IMG/VR virus record: IMGVR_UViG_3300042469_000981
Origin: a virus
Length of the DNA stretch: 64,000 nt
Direction: 5' to 3' (one strand)
Shown here: in pieces, positions 17,277 through 28,862 of the stretch
Numbering within the stretch: the first letter of the stretch is position 1
Layout of the letters: every line of letters starts with the position of its first letter
The notes under the pieces: generated by a model
Databases searched by the model: none
What the model was told of the DNA's origin: nothing
What the model saw: only the letters and a program-made list of their open reading frames with translations
Position numbers and translations under genes: made by a program

Positions 17277-20200
17277 TTATATTAAGCCTTTTGATTTTAA
17301 GTTTTGGATTATTGAATCCAAATTTTTATTTAAATTGTCTGTCACATATTCTGGTTTTAAAACTCCACCACTACTTGCACCCGCTGGTTTGTTTAAATCT
17401 AAAATAATGTTTGATGGATCATCAACATATCTTCTTAATAGGAAATAATCTAATTCAGTTCCACTAGGTATATTACCATCTAATTGTAATTGTAATTGAC
17501 CGTTAGAAGAAGTAATATTGATAATAGAATAAGATAAATCTTCAATACCTTGGAATCTAATTTCATCATATAGTTGAGGTTCAAAATCTAAAGAAATAGG
17601 ATTAAATCCACTTCGTTCAATGTTTTGTTGTCTTTGACCAATAAAGTTATTTAGTCCTGTTGATGAAGTACTAGCTAACAGTATATTAGGAGTACCTGAT
17701 CCTGTATACCAAAAATCATTACATATACCTGTACCAGGTAGGGGAAATTGTGTTACTCTAAAATATGAGTTAGCCCCTAAAGTAATAGTAGGAAATGCTC
17801 CTCCGTATGTTCTTTCAAGAGCTATTGCCTTAACAGTGTATAAAGAAGATGTTGTAGCATTAGCATCAGTATAAAAAATATTACCTGATCTAGTAGCTCC
17901 ATGATTAATTTGAGTTCTAGCTACTTCAACACCATTCTTTTGAATAACATAATCTACAATAACATTATTAAACTGTGTTGCTTCAATGTAAGCTTGAAAA
18001 TTTAAAATATATCCTGAGCCTGAAAGATTAGCTAGTGATCCTGTTGGATTATAAGCGTCAGATGATGTACTAAAGAAAGATTGGGCTCCCAAAACAACCG
18101 GTTTTGAAAAGTTTAAAGTTACTGGGAGACTAGCAGCATCAATTGAATTAAAATTAATTCCATAAGTTAATAGTTGATAATCATTTTTAGTAACATCAGG
18201 ACCTTGTTGACCTTGAACAAAATCAATAGATCCAGTATAACCATATCCTATAATATCTCCATTGTTGTTATAACTTGCTGTTTGAGTATATAAAATAGGA
18301 GCTACGCTTACTCCACTTTTAAATATAGGCCAAGTACCATTTAAATTATTTAAATTAACTCCAAAAGTATCATAATCATCTAACACTAAAGTAGCATTTC
18401 CACTATCAACAAATGATTGTTGGATAGTTCCTAAATTAATTCCCTCAGCATCATTTATAGGTTTAGTAACACTTCCTGAGTCATTAATTATTAGTCTAAT
18501 GTTTGTTTGTGTTTTAGCAGAAAGGTTATTTCCCCATTCAGGTGATGTACTTCCTACATTATTAAAATAAACAAAGTATGATTCAGGATTACCTACAGTA
18601 ACTGATTTACCATAAGAAATATCTCCTTCAGTCCATTTATTTAAATTAGAAGCTGCTAATTCTTTACCAATATATCTTGAGTTAATCTGGCGAGCTGAAG
18701 TGTAGTAAGAATCAGGAACTGCTGCTCTAGTAGCGTTACCATTTAAAATAGTTTGTTCATTAACAGCTATTATTTGATTACTACTAAAATCAACATCCAT
18801 GTATTTGTTACTAAGTCTGTTAATTTGAACATCCCCAGCAATAACTTCACAGTCTTGATCTATAAAAGCAACAGAAGCTGTAAAGGCAGTTACTGTGAGA
18901 TAAGCTAAAGTATTAGTATTTGAAAAAACTAAGGGAGGAATAATACCTTGAACTTCTAAGTTATTTATAGTTCTAGAAGCTCCAGGAGCTAAATCTCCAC
19001 TTCCTGAGTATATAATTCGTTGGTTTCCTAATACATTAGAGGAATCAGTAATTTGAATAGCTCCACTTCCAAAGGCGGCCGCGTCGTTAGTTTCTGTAAA
19101 AGTTAAATAATATGTTTTATCAGTTTGGAAATCAAAACCATTAAAATAATAAAAAGTTATTCCTGTAAAAGGTCCATTAATAGAACTAGTAGAATAAACT
19201 TGAATTATCTCTACATTACAATCACTTAAAATACCATTAGTTACTACTAAATTAGAACCACTTAATTGTCCATTAAAGAATTCTTCTTGAGAAATTTGAG
19301 TAAAGGGAACTGAACCACTGGTTGATGGAGTAGAACCTGTCCAACTTTGAGTTATATTAACTGCGTTAGGATAAGCATATAATGAAGATGTTTGTCCTAA
19401 TAAATCAGGCATTGATCCTCCATTTCCACCTTCTATATTACCTACACTTATTGAACCTGTAATTGTTTGGTCTTCTACTACGTAAGGTATATTAGTTGAT
19501 CCACTACCTATAAAAGCAATAGAAGCAGAAGGACTAACTTGAGGGACAGGATATCTATTTCTATCTAGTAAAGTATTTTTAATTATAATACCGGCAGCTA
19601 AAGATGTTCTAGCTGGAGTGAAATCTTGAATAGTTTTAAATAATGAGTTATCAAAAAACTCAATTAATCTAATGTAATCAAATTCTTGATAGTTAGACTC
19701 ATACTTTTCAAAGTAACGGTTTCTTAAAGCATCTAAAGCAGGATAACTTTCCGCTGATGATGATTGTAATCTAGGATCACCTATGTATTCACCTAAATTA
19801 ATAAACCCAAATGTTGAGTTTATATCCTCATTTATCTCATTTTGAGGTGAAAAACCTACCTCAACATAATCAATATCTCTAGTATAACTTTGACTTACTA
19901 CAGGTAATTGCTGAATTGAGCGATAAGGAGATAAAACAGTATTACTAGGAATATTAGAATAACTACTAGTGTAAGGTAAAATAGTACTTTGTTGTTTTAT
20001 CTTTTGAGAAACAGCATTTTGGATACCCGCTGGAAATTGATCAAAGTAAAATACTTCATAATTGTTAGCCCAAGAATAACTTCCACTAAAATAGAAATTA
20101 CTATTTGAAGCAAAAGATGAAGTAGCTGTCCATGAACCTGTTACTTTAGGATGAACAGAAACTGATGATGTGTATAACTCACCTCCCAAAGTTGCTCTAA

Positions 20201-22652
20201 AAGCTAAATAATCACTTTGTTCAGTTGAGTAAGGATTCATTACATAAGCATCAAAATTATCTTTAGTTATTGGTTGAGAATAATATCTAATTTCTTGGAA
20301 TGAACCTGTAAATAGTTTTGGGAGAAATACTTCTTTACCAAAATATATAGTATTAGTAGCATTCCAAATAGTTTGAGCAGCAGTTACAGATGATGAGGCT
20401 TGGAATCCAACTGTATTTCCATCTTCACCATCATAATTTTTATTAGCAGCATACAAAGTAAAGCCTGTAGTACTGTCTGTATTTACTAAGACGGACCACC
20501 AACCTCCATCATAAAAAGGCAAATAAATGCTAGATGAAACAGTTGGACTAGTTCTATCAGGGACAAAATCCAATAAAGCATATTCATTATATGGATTAGG
20601 AATTGAACCTGAGTATGATCCACTTATATATCCTGATCCTGTATATCTTAAAGATAAGATACTTTGTTGGTTAACTAATCCTATTGCTTCAAATAAAGTT
20701 ATATTACTAATTGAAGCAGTATTAAATGGTAAGCCATTTGTTTTAAATCTAAATTCAACTGCTCTAGGTACATCACCGGTTGCGCCCCAAGTTGAATTTA
20801 ATTCAAAAGATGAACTTATGTAAGATGAACCACTAGTGTAAAAAGCATAGTTGTATTCATCTTGCCAGTTATCAAAAGTGTTTGCATTTTTATCTTTACC
20901 TCCAAACTCATTAATTCTTAAAATAGTATCAGGAATACCAAAAGTAGTAATTAAGTCTCTTAAACCTGATACTGATCCTTTTTTCTTTAATAATAAAGGT
21001 AAATTATGATAAATTCTTTTATACTGTTCTTTATTAATATCATCAGTAGGGTATAAAGATGAAGTTGCAGAAGCAGTTACATATGTTGTTATATACTCAA
21101 GGAAAGAGCCGGTTGGCACAGGGTATTGAGTAGTAGTAAATGGCAGGTTATATAAACTACCAGACGGTGTTAGACCGATTAATGCCTGGTATACATCATT
21201 AGAAGAAAAATTATTTTGGTATATAGTAATACCCATATCTCTTAAAATGTCTGCTACTAAATCTTTTGAAACACCATATGTTAAACGGTTATCAGCATCA
21301 AACTTAGTAGTGATATTTTGTAAATAAACAAAAATATTATCAAATAACTGTCCTACCATTTCAACAAACAACTCAAATTGAGCGTTGTTAGAATCATCAG
21401 TTATGTAAGAAGGAATAGCTAATGTTAAAGCATTATTATTTTCAAGGTCATATTCTTCAGCTACTGCTGATTGAGAAACAAACCAAGCCTGTCCAGCTAC
21501 AGATCCTGTAGATGCATTGATGTATGGAGGAGCAGTATTAGTTTTAGGCCAAGATGTTGAACCTGATGAGTAATAAAGATAATATTCATAGTCATCAAAT
21601 GTAGTAATTATTTCATTTATTTTAGCTTGCCACACTACATTACTTGAAGAAACATAGTAAGAACCACTTGATGAACCTGTTACAGAAAAACTAGCACTGT
21701 AAGTGTATTGTTGTAATAAAGATAATTTATAATAAAAGTTTTCTAATCTAGTTTGAGCAGATGAGAAATGAATAAAATTAGTGTAATCAGAGTAATCAAC
21801 ATTAACTGCTATACCTGTTTGAGCTAAAATATTGTTTAATTGATACTTTAAACTTCCTGTACCTTGAGCATAAGAGGAAGATGTAGCTACTAAACCATTA
21901 TAGTTATTATAATTAGTTGAGTTATTGATTTGATCATTAATACCTAAATTGTAGTTAGGACCAGATATGAATACTGAATCATCAATAATTTCAAAAACCT
22001 CATTAATATCAATGTTGTAAGCTACAGGTTCAGCTACTTGTGTTACAACCCAAACTTGAGAGTTTAAATTAAACTGTTGAGGTAAGGGTTCATATAACTT
22101 AATTAATACAGTAGGATTATTAACATTAGTATTATCTAATAAAGCATTAACAGCAATAACTAAATTGTTATCTCCAAAATTTAAATAGAAATCATAATAA
22201 TCAGCAGAGGGGTTATTAATTTCATTTATTAATTCTAAAGAAGAGCTAACAACTAAATCATTAGAAATAGAAGTTGTATCTAATCTAACCTCAGTTCTGT
22301 CTGAACTTAATTCAGATATAAAGTATGGGTTAGTTGAGTTTGAAGCTAGTTTAGGATTAACAAAGTTATAAACTGTATTGTATTGTCCAATAGTAAATCC
22401 TTGAGAAACTAAATCTCTTTCAGGATCAAGAACAACACTTTTATCATTTATTGTATATCCAGGATAACCAGTAACATTAGAGTATACTATTTGACCATTT
22501 AAGTCATAAATAAAATACTCAACAATATCTAAAGTTGGATTGAAAGTAGCATCAATAGTAGTACTAAAAATAAGAGAGCTATCCTCAACTGAATATGTTT
22601 GATATTCAAAAGTAATAGGGTTTATAGAGTTTATATTAACAGTTCTGCTCAT
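17277..22652 (-). CDS. Large baseplate wedge/tail protein (1791 aa)
   Basis: S/T/N-rich beta composition; LLKKKGSVSGLRDLITTFG motif as in gp7/gpI-like wedge proteins; lies in the baseplate operon. Confidence 0.6.
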   Translation of the reverse strand: MSRTVNINSINPITFEYQTYSVEDSSLIFSTTIDATFNPTLDIVEYFIYDLNGQIVYSNVTGYPGYTINDKSVVLDPERDLVSQGFTIGQYNTVYNFVNPKLASNSTNPYFISELSSDRTEVRLDTTSISNDLVVSSSLELINEINNPSADYYDFYLNFGDNNLVIAVNALLDNTNVNNPTVLIKLYEPLPQQFNLNSQVWVVTQVAEPVAYNIDINEVFEIIDDSVFISGPNYNLGINDQINNSTNYNNYNGLVATSSSYAQGTGSLKYQLNNILAQTGIAVNVDYSDYTNFIHFSSAQTRLENFYYKLSLLQQYTYSASFSVTGSSSGSYYVSSSNVVWQAKINEIITTFDDYEYYLYYSSGSTSWPKTNTAPPYINASTGSVAGQAWFVSQSAVAEEYDLENNNALTLAIPSYITDDSNNAQFELFVEMVGQLFDNIFVYLQNITTKFDADNRLTYGVSKDLVADILRDMGITIYQNNFSSNDVYQALIGLTPSGSLYNLPFTTTQYPVPTGSFLEYITTYVTASATSSLYPTDDINKEQYKRIYHNLPLLLKKKGSVSGLRDLITTFGIPDTILRINEFGGKDKNANTFDNWQDEYNYAFYTSGSSYISSSFELNSTWGATGDVPRAVEFRFKTNGLPFNTASISNITLFEAIGLVNQQSILSLRYTGSGYISGSYSGSIPNPYNEYALLDFVPDRTSPTVSSSIYLPFYDGGWWSVLVNTDSTTGFTLYAANKNYDGEDGNTVGFQASSSVTAAQTIWNATNTIYFGKEVFLPKLFTGSFQEIRYYSQPITKDNFDAYVMNPYSTEQSDYLAFRATLGGELYTSSVSVHPKVTGSWTATSSFASNSNFYFSGSYSWANNYEVFYFDQFPAGIQNAVSQKIKQQSTILPYTSSYSNIPSNTVLSPYRSIQQLPVVSQSYTRDIDYVEVGFSPQNEINEDINSTFGFINLGEYIGDPRLQSSSAESYPALDALRNRYFEKYESNYQEFDYIRLIEFFDNSLFKTIQDFTPARTSLAAGIIIKNTLLDRNRYPVPQVSPSASIAFIGSGSTNIPYVVEDQTITGSISVGNIEGGNGGSMPDLLGQTSSLYAYPNAVNITQSWTGSTPSTSGSVPFTQISQEEFFNGQLSGSNLVVTNGILSDCNVEIIQVYSTSSINGPFTGITFYYFNGFDFQTDKTYYLTFTETNDAAAFGSGAIQITDSSNVLGNQRIIYSGSGDLAPGASRTINNLEVQGIIPPLVFSNTNTLAYLTVTAFTASVAFIDQDCEVIAGDVQINRLSNKYMDVDFSSNQIIAVNEQTILNGNATRAAVPDSYYTSARQINSRYIGKELAASNLNKWTEGDISYGKSVTVGNPESYFVYFNNVGSTSPEWGNNLSAKTQTNIRLIINDSGSVTKPINDAEGINLGTIQQSFVDSGNATLVLDDYDTFGVNLNNLNGTWPIFKSGVSVAPILYTQTASYNNNGDIIGYGYTGSIDFVQGQQGPDVTKNDYQLLTYGINFNSIDAASLPVTLNFSKPVVLGAQSFFSTSSDAYNPTGSLANLSGSGYILNFQAYIEATQFNNVIVDYVIQKNGVEVARTQINHGATRSGNIFYTDANATTSSLYTVKAIALERTYGGAFPTITLGANSYFRVTQFPLPGTGICNDFWYTGSGTPNILLASTSSTGLNNFIGQRQQNIERSGFNPISLDFEPQLYDEIRFQGIEDLSYSIINITSSNGQLQLQLDGNIPSGTELDYFLLRRYVDDPSNIILDLNKPAGASSGGVLKPEYVTDNLNKNLDSIIQNLKSKGLI

Positions 22653-22659
22653 TTATTTG

Positions 22660-23010
22660 TTATAAACTATTTGTTGAAAGATTTATTAATTGTTGTTGCA
22701 AATCTAAATTTTCTTGTCTTAAAGCATTTATTTCATTAATAAAAGCAGTTAAATCAGTATCTGTAGTAGTAGTTCCTACATAATCATTTGCCGTTTTTAG
22801 AATGTACTCAAAAGAATTTATACTTCCACTCTTAGGTATCTGAAAGAATAAATTTTGGTAGTATTGAAAAAATTGATCTATTGTTATTGGAGGTAAAGAA
22901 GAAGTTAAAGAAGCAGTTACATTAACCAATTGATTAAAAGAAGTATCAATAACTCTTTCATATTGATTTTTACTATAAACTTGCTTATTTAAACGTAGTA
23001 TCTCTGCCAT
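22660..23010 (-). CDS. Hypothetical structural-operon protein
   Basis: 116 aa, C-terminal coiled coil. Confidence 0.65.
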   Translation of the reverse strand: MAEILRLNKQVYSKNQYERVIDTSFNQLVNVTASLTSSLPPITIDQFFQYYQNLFFQIPKSGSINSFEYILKTANDYVGTTTTDTDLTAFINEINALRQENLDLQQQLINLSTNSL

Positions 23011-24131
23011 TATCCATTAATTACTTTAAAGTAATATTGATCATTAAATACCATTGTTGAACCACCTATAGTACTTTGAATCAAAATAGTATAATATCTT
23101 TCAGGTTGAAGATAATTCATATACAAATCAAAATAACTAGAAGTAGCATCAGCACTTAATTTAGTATAAGTAGTATCAAAGTTTACAATGTATTCATTTG
23201 TTTCTAAATCCTTAATAGCGTAATATGAAGCTGTAGGTAAGTAGTAATTATTTAAATAAACTGAACTAGTGGTCCACAACTGAATAGGATATTCGGGTCG
23301 AGCATTGATTCTAAACCTATTTATACTTTCACTATAGAACACACCTGGATTTTCTGCTAGATTAACAGTAGCTGGAAGGTTATTTAAAATGGTTTGGGTT
23401 GATGAACCTGTATTGAATACAAAATCGTTCCAACTGATTTGTAAGGCAGGAGGATATATTGTGTTAGTATCTCTAGAAAAATATTTTAAAGTAACTTGTT
23501 GGTTAACATTATTAACAAATTCTTGAGATTGGGTTTGTCTAACAATAAAACCATAGTTGTTAAAAGCACTTGATGACCAATTGTTTACAATACTTCTTAC
23601 ATTTACGTTTATGTCTAAAGGAGAATAATAATCAAATGATTGACTAGCTTGAGAAGCAGTATACCAAACACCTCCACCTTGAAAAGAACTTGTATAAGAG
23701 CCTGTTGTGCCTGATGTGAAACTAGCTGTAGTCCATGTTGTACTGCCTGAATAGTTTCTCCATAACCATGAAACACCATTAGTTGTAGGTGGGTTATTAT
23801 AATAAAGACCAGTTCCCATTTCCCAAGACTCAGCTACAGCGTTAATTGCTAAAGTAGTAGTGTTTGATAAACCAGTAACATCAGCAGCAAATACTTTAAG
23901 ATTAGCATCCCAAGAAGCAGTTTTCACTAATGTTGAAAAAGCATTTTGTATTTCACTGTTAGAAAATTGAACTAAAAATCTTGTTGCTTGAGGTAAATCA
24001 CCATCAGTACGAAGACTACCAGTTATAAAATTAGTATTAGCCTCAATAATTTCATCTAACCCTGTATTTAAATCAGGGTAAGCAGAATATAAGGTCGCGT
24101 CTTTAGAGGGAAATATTTGAATTACTGCCAT
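23010..24131 (-). CDS. DNRLRE/CBM96-like beta-sandwich structural protein
   Basis: KDATLYS...NTG; AVAESWEMGTG...GVSW; YPPALQISW. Confidence 0.55.
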   Translation of the reverse strand: MAVIQIFPSKDATLYSAYPDLNTGLDEIIEANTNFITGSLRTDGDLPQATRFLVQFSNSEIQNAFSTLVKTASWDANLKVFAADVTGLSNTTTLAINAVAESWEMGTGLYYNNPPTTNGVSWLWRNYSGSTTWTTASFTSGTTGSYTSSFQGGGVWYTASQASQSFDYYSPLDINVNVRSIVNNWSSSAFNNYGFIVRQTQSQEFVNNVNQQVTLKYFSRDTNTIYPPALQISWNDFVFNTGSSTQTILNNLPATVNLAENPGVFYSESINRFRINARPEYPIQLWTTSSVYLNNYYLPTASYYAIKDLETNEYIVNFDTTYTKLSADATSSYFDLYMNYLQPERYYTILIQSTIGGSTMVFNDQYYFKVING

Positions 24132-24138
24132 TTTGTTA

Positions 24139-25998
24139 TTATAAAGGTACTACTCTTCCTTGAATGTCTTGACTAGGATATTTAACTTCAAAAATCATAG
24201 GATCTAATGAAGGATATACTACATTGTTTTGAGTGGCTGCGGCCATATCATAAGCATATTGACTATATCCTAAACTTGTTCCTGTTAGATTTGTAAATGT
24301 TATGTTTTTAACTGTTTGTACACCTTCAATAGCATCAAGTAATATATAAATATCTCTTAATATAATAGGTTGATTGATTTGCCATTTATCAATAGCAAAA
24401 TAATCTTGTAAAGCTAAAATACATTTTGTTAATACTTCATTACTGTTGTAATTAGGTAAAATAATAATATCAAAGTTTACACCAATATTAATAATAAAAG
24501 CATCTCTAACAGTTACAGTATCATTTACCATTCTATATTGAGAAAGATAAGTAATTATATTTTGTTTCAAAGCTGAAGAGGTAGTGGTTAATTGGTTATC
24601 AACATTATATGATAACACATATAAATCCAATACTGATTGAGACTCGCCAGCTGAAATTGATTGGGCTTTAGTAGGTTCAATATATGCTTTAGAAACAACT
24701 CCATATTTAGCAGGCATTGAAAGTGTTCTAACTAAATAATCATTTTGAGTTACGTTACGTAATTGAGTTGCAAAATTAGCAGATGAGTTTTGTCTAATTT
24801 CTTCTATTGTATCTCCATCTCCTCCACCATCTGCGGCTTGAGGATTAGTAACTGCTAAACTATTAAATACATAATTGGCGGTACTGTTGTTAGTTTGAGG
24901 ATTTAAGAAAGTAACAGTTGAGTTTAAACTTGTTAAACTATTTGCAGGTACGTTTGCGTCAACACCTCCACCTGTTAAGTATCTAACAGTTAATGTGGTG
25001 TTTGAAGGAGCAATACCATATGTTTTAGTAAATAAGAAGTTTTCAGGTGAATAAGCAGTTGTTAGTTTAGTTTTTTCAAACGGCAAACCAATACCTACAT
25101 TATTAGGATTAGGTATAATTTGTTCATCTGTATCATTAGCTGTGCCAGCACCAAACTGTAACTGTAAAGTAGTTTTATCTAAAAAACGAGTAGCAAAACG
25201 TCTTTGTATTTTTTCTAATTTCAATAAATAAGGTGTATCACCTTGATATTGAGATAAATTAGGATCATTTGTATTAGTATTTTTAATTGAATTAAATACC
25301 ATTTCTTGACCTAAATAATCTACTTCATACCAATTGTTTCCATCAGTGTCTACAACATCTAATATACCAACAATGTTGTTTCCTGTTATATCAACAGTTG
25401 AAAATTGAACAGGCACACCAAAACTAAAATCAGTACTATTAATAGTAGATGAAATAGATTTTCTAGTTTTCTTTAAAAGAAAGTATAAAGGATTACCACT
25501 ACTATCAATCTCATAAACTGTAACCTCTGTTGGGTCACCTGAACTTGATACTGAGAAGTCAATTGGGTCCTGAATTAAGAAAGTAATGTTTGGGTTTAAA
25601 ACAGACGTTACTGTTGAGTTTTCAGGTACTAATAATGAGTAACTAAAATCAGGTACTATATTAGGGGCAGTACCAACAGCAGGGACCTGTTGATAAAAAT
25701 CAAGATCAGAATTTGCTACTTGAGTTACATTAGGCTTGTAACCAAACATATAAGCTAACTCATATAAGTTATTAGTTTGGCGAGCATATTGTAAAAAGTT
25801 TTCTTGGACTTGGTTGTCCATGTAAAAAGATAAAACATCACCCACATAAGCAGCCATTTCCATAAACATCATACCGGGTGAGGTAGGACTAAAGTCTGTG
25901 TATGTTGTAGGGAAATAAGTTTTAGCATAGTCAACAAGACTAGCTCTTAATTCTGTAAAATCTTTATTTATGTATTGTATGTTTCTTCTAATAGCCAT
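24139..25998 (-). CDS. Baseplate wedge protein (T4 gp6/baseplate J-like)
   Basis: DFTELRASL...YTDF..SPGMM..E..AYVGD; GGGDGDTIEEIR; RNVTQNDY. Confidence 0.85.
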   Translation of the reverse strand: MAIRRNIQYINKDFTELRASLVDYAKTYFPTTYTDFSPTSPGMMFMEMAAYVGDVLSFYMDNQVQENFLQYARQTNNLYELAYMFGYKPNVTQVANSDLDFYQQVPAVGTAPNIVPDFSYSLLVPENSTVTSVLNPNITFLIQDPIDFSVSSSGDPTEVTVYEIDSSGNPLYFLLKKTRKSISSTINSTDFSFGVPVQFSTVDITGNNIVGILDVVDTDGNNWYEVDYLGQEMVFNSIKNTNTNDPNLSQYQGDTPYLLKLEKIQRRFATRFLDKTTLQLQFGAGTANDTDEQIIPNPNNVGIGLPFEKTKLTTAYSPENFLFTKTYGIAPSNTTLTVRYLTGGGVDANVPANSLTSLNSTVTFLNPQTNNSTANYVFNSLAVTNPQAADGGGDGDTIEEIRQNSSANFATQLRNVTQNDYLVRTLSMPAKYGVVSKAYIEPTKAQSISAGESQSVLDLYVLSYNVDNQLTTTSSALKQNIITYLSQYRMVNDTVTVRDAFIINIGVNFDIIILPNYNSNEVLTKCILALQDYFAIDKWQINQPIILRDIYILLDAIEGVQTVKNITFTNLTGTSLGYSQYAYDMAAATQNNVVYPSLDPMIFEVKYPSQDIQGRVVPL

Positions 25999-26405
25999 TA
26001 TGTAAATGCGATGTTAATATTATCTGATATTCCAGTGTTTATTACATTGTATGTTAAAGATACATTAATTTGATTTGAATCAGGGATTGAATCAATAGAC
26101 AAATTAGCTACAGCAACATTCGGGAAATATAAATTTAATTGAGACTGAATATCTTGTTTTAAAGCAGATACATTATTTTCTGCTATTTGTTGAAAAATAA
26201 AGGCTCGTAAATTACCACCAAAAGTAGGATTTAAATATCTTTCTGTTTTGTTTGTTAAAAAGAAATTAATTAAATTATTTTTGATAGCATCTTTAGTAGT
26301 ATAAGTTGAACGAAATACAGCAGGAGCATTAAAAGGCAGAGCCACACCCACCGCTGTTCCGGGGGTGAGATCTACAGGGAATATTTTCTTTGCTCCAAAT
26401 GCCAT
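25998..26405 (-). CDS. Baseplate protein gp25/GPW-like
   Basis: IKNNLIN..LT..TER..NPTFG..LR..IF. Confidence 0.85.
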   Translation of the reverse strand: MAFGAKKIFPVDLTPGTAVGVALPFNAPAVFRSTYTTKDAIKNNLINFFLTNKTERYLNPTFGGNLRAFIFQQIAENNVSALKQDIQSQLNLYFPNVAVANLSIDSIPDSNQINVSLTYNVINTGISDNINIAFT

Positions 26406-26752
26406 TATTTACCGTTCATTAAAGCCATAATTTGATCTAATCCTACATTACCTTCAGGTAAAGCACCATTAATAGTATCAGCGTTTCCTGGATTGAAATT
26501 ACCAGCATAAGCAGAGTTAGCTGGTTTACCTAATTGCATTTCTTCTAACATACCACCAAACATTGCTTGCCTTTCAGCTGGTGTTAATTTTTTAGGTGAT
26601 TCAAGATGAGGTTGAGCATAAGTGTCTCTAACCGATTCTGTAACAATTGTCTTAGGAGCACGAACAGCTTCCAATAGAATATCTTTCAATTCTTCTTGAA
26701 TAGCTTCCTTTACTGCTTCTTTGATCATTTTTTTAAAATCTGATGGTTTCAT
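26405..26752 (-). CDS. Hypothetical protein with repeated xxE leader (MIKEAVKEAIQEE)
   Basis: 115 aa ORF. Confidence 0.7.
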   Translation of the reverse strand: MKPSDFKKMIKEAVKEAIQEELKDILLEAVRAPKTIVTESVRDTYAQPHLESPKKLTPAERQAMFGGMLEEMQLGKPANSAYAGNFNPGNADTINGALPEGNVGLDQIMALMNGK

Positions 26753-26769
26753 TGTTTATAAATATTAAG

Positions 26770-27627
26770 TTAATAAGCTTTTAAATTGTCTCTATCAATT
26801 ATTAGTTTTAGTTCATTAATTAAAACCTGGTTGGATGTTGTGAAGGAAAATTCAGTTTGTATCATGATTATCCCTGATTGGTTTTTACCAATTGCTCTTC
26901 TTCTATTAACTGTAGGTGTGTAAGGTATAATTTCAATTTCTAATACAAACCCTTTATAAGTTATTTGGTTTAATGTATTTTCCGCTATGTTTTGTCTTAA
27001 AGTTATATTTTCTAAGTCATTACTGATAGCTAAGTAAGTGGAATTAGGTGAGCATTGTTTCAATATATTATCAATAGAGTTTAAAGAAACTATAGCTATT
27101 GATATAAAAGAACTAGTTAACGATATAGGAGCCGCAGTGTTATCAATTATAGATTTTAATTTATTTAATTTAGAATTTCCTAAACTATCAAATTTTAAAG
27201 CATCTAAAACCTCATTAGCTTGAAATACTAAACTAGCAAAAGGACCAATTCCACCTGCAGTAGCATCCGCGGCTATTAAAGCAGTTTTAGCAACTCTAAG
27301 TGTTTGAGCAGCGGTTATTAAACTATTTAATAAATCAGATGTTATACCCGCGGCTGCAGTGGTTGTATCTAAAACACTTCCTATTTGATTTAATTTATTA
27401 ACTATATTATTTCTTTGTAAAATAATTAAATCTAATTGAGCAGGAGGTAAACAAGTACCATTAGGAGCACTATTTAGCTCATTCTGGATGTTAGTTAATT
27501 GAGGTTGGATTTGGTCACTAATTTGAATACCTTTTTCTAAAATTACTTGACCTAATTTTTCTGAACCTGTTAATTTTAAACTACTAGGTAGAGCGTTCTC
27601 TAATACTTGTACACTAACTTCAGCCAT
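26770..27627 (-). CDS. Hypothetical helical protein (baseplate operon)
   Basis: 285 aa ORF. Confidence 0.65.
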   Translation of the reverse strand: MAEVSVQVLENALPSSLKLTGSEKLGQVILEKGIQISDQIQPQLTNIQNELNSAPNGTCLPPAQLDLIILQRNNIVNKLNQIGSVLDTTTAAAGITSDLLNSLITAAQTLRVAKTALIAADATAGGIGPFASLVFQANEVLDALKFDSLGNSKLNKLKSIIDNTAAPISLTSSFISIAIVSLNSIDNILKQCSPNSTYLAISNDLENITLRQNIAENTLNQITYKGFVLEIEIIPYTPTVNRRRAIGKNQSGIIMIQTEFSFTTSNQVLINELKLIIDRDNLKAY

Positions 27628-28862
27628 TATAGTATTTTATTTATTTTAGATTTAGTTAAAGCTATATTAGCTGAGATTTTAGGTAATTCTGATAGTACTA
27701 ATTGGGCTGCGGCTGATGTTTGAGGAACTGCTACTAATACAGTAGTCAATTGTATTAATTGGTTTATTAATTTTTGCAATTCTGTCACTAAAGCATCACC
27801 TTTTAAAATAGGTTCAGTAGCGTTTTTACCACCTAATTTTATAGAAGGAGCATCAATAGTAAAATCAGCTTTAGTATCAAAGTTAAATCCACTAACAGCA
27901 TTAAATCCAATTGATTGAGCTGAACTTAATAGGAGATGATCTTGAGTAGTATTAAATATTAGACGGCCTGAAGTAAGAATGACTTGCTTTCCAGCATATT
28001 GATCAGGTGTTGTAGGAGCTGTTTGATAACTAGTGTATGTAGCACTTGATACTTTTAAAGGTATCTTTTGAGTACTAGTTAAATAAATAGAAGCATCATC
28101 ATTATTAATACTTTCTTCTATAGGAATCCATCCTTGATTAGATTGAGCACCTTGTCCATTTCTAATAAGAGTAATAGGATCACCAGAAGTACTAGTTCCT
28201 TCAGACCATGTATTTAAAGGGATTTGATTTTCTTTAGTTTTTATAGTAGAACCAAATCGTATACTATTACCCCATCTACCTTCATAGATTATATCTCCTT
28301 CAAAAGGTTTTAATGGATGAATATTAGTACGTTCAATAAATGTTTTACCTAAGTTAATCTCTGTTGATTTATCAGTTACTCGTCTAACATTACCTATAGA
28401 TGTTTGTCTATAGTCTTTTTGTTGAGACTCAGGTAAATTCTGTGGGTCAGAAGGAAAACCATTATGATGAGGATGATTCCATAAGGCTGTAGGATTTAAA
28501 TAATAATTATTTATATCAGTACTTATTCCTGGTTTGTCAGGAGCCGGACCATTAATTGCTGTAGACGGTAATTGAACTATCCAAACAATCTCATCTATTA
28601 AAGGAAAGTTTTTAAAATTAGGAAAAAAAGGTTTAGCTATAGTTAATTGGGCTGTGGGATTAGTTATGTCTTGAAATTGGATAGTACCAATACTATTGTA
28701 TCTTCCAAAATCAAAAAAACCATCACTAGATTCATCTAAAATAATATTTTTAACCCTTCCGGCTAAAAAAGCTATAGGAGATGAAGTAATCCCATTTGGG
28801 GATTGACTTGCTTGTGTGTTAACACTTGCTTGGCCTCCATCTCTTTTATTTAGAATACCCAT
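27627..28862 (-). CDS. Baseplate hub/central spike (gp5-like)
   Basis: PFEGDIIYEGRWGNSIRFG; GKQVIL.SGRL.FN; IKLG..ATEPILKGD; position next to gp25/gp6. Confidence 0.6.
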   Translation of the reverse strand: MGILNKRDGGQASVNTQASQSPNGITSSPIAFLAGRVKNIILDESSDGFFDFGRYNSIGTIQFQDITNPTAQLTIAKPFFPNFKNFPLIDEIVWIVQLPSTAINGPAPDKPGISTDINNYYLNPTALWNHPHHNGFPSDPQNLPESQQKDYRQTSIGNVRRVTDKSTEINLGKTFIERTNIHPLKPFEGDIIYEGRWGNSIRFGSTIKTKENQIPLNTWSEGTSTSGDPITLIRNGQGAQSNQGWIPIEESINNDDASIYLTSTQKIPLKVSSATYTSYQTAPTTPDQYAGKQVILTSGRLIFNTTQDHLLLSSAQSIGFNAVSGFNFDTKADFTIDAPSIKLGGKNATEPILKGDALVTELQKLINQLIQLTTVLVAVPQTSAAAQLVLSELPKISANIALTKSKINKIL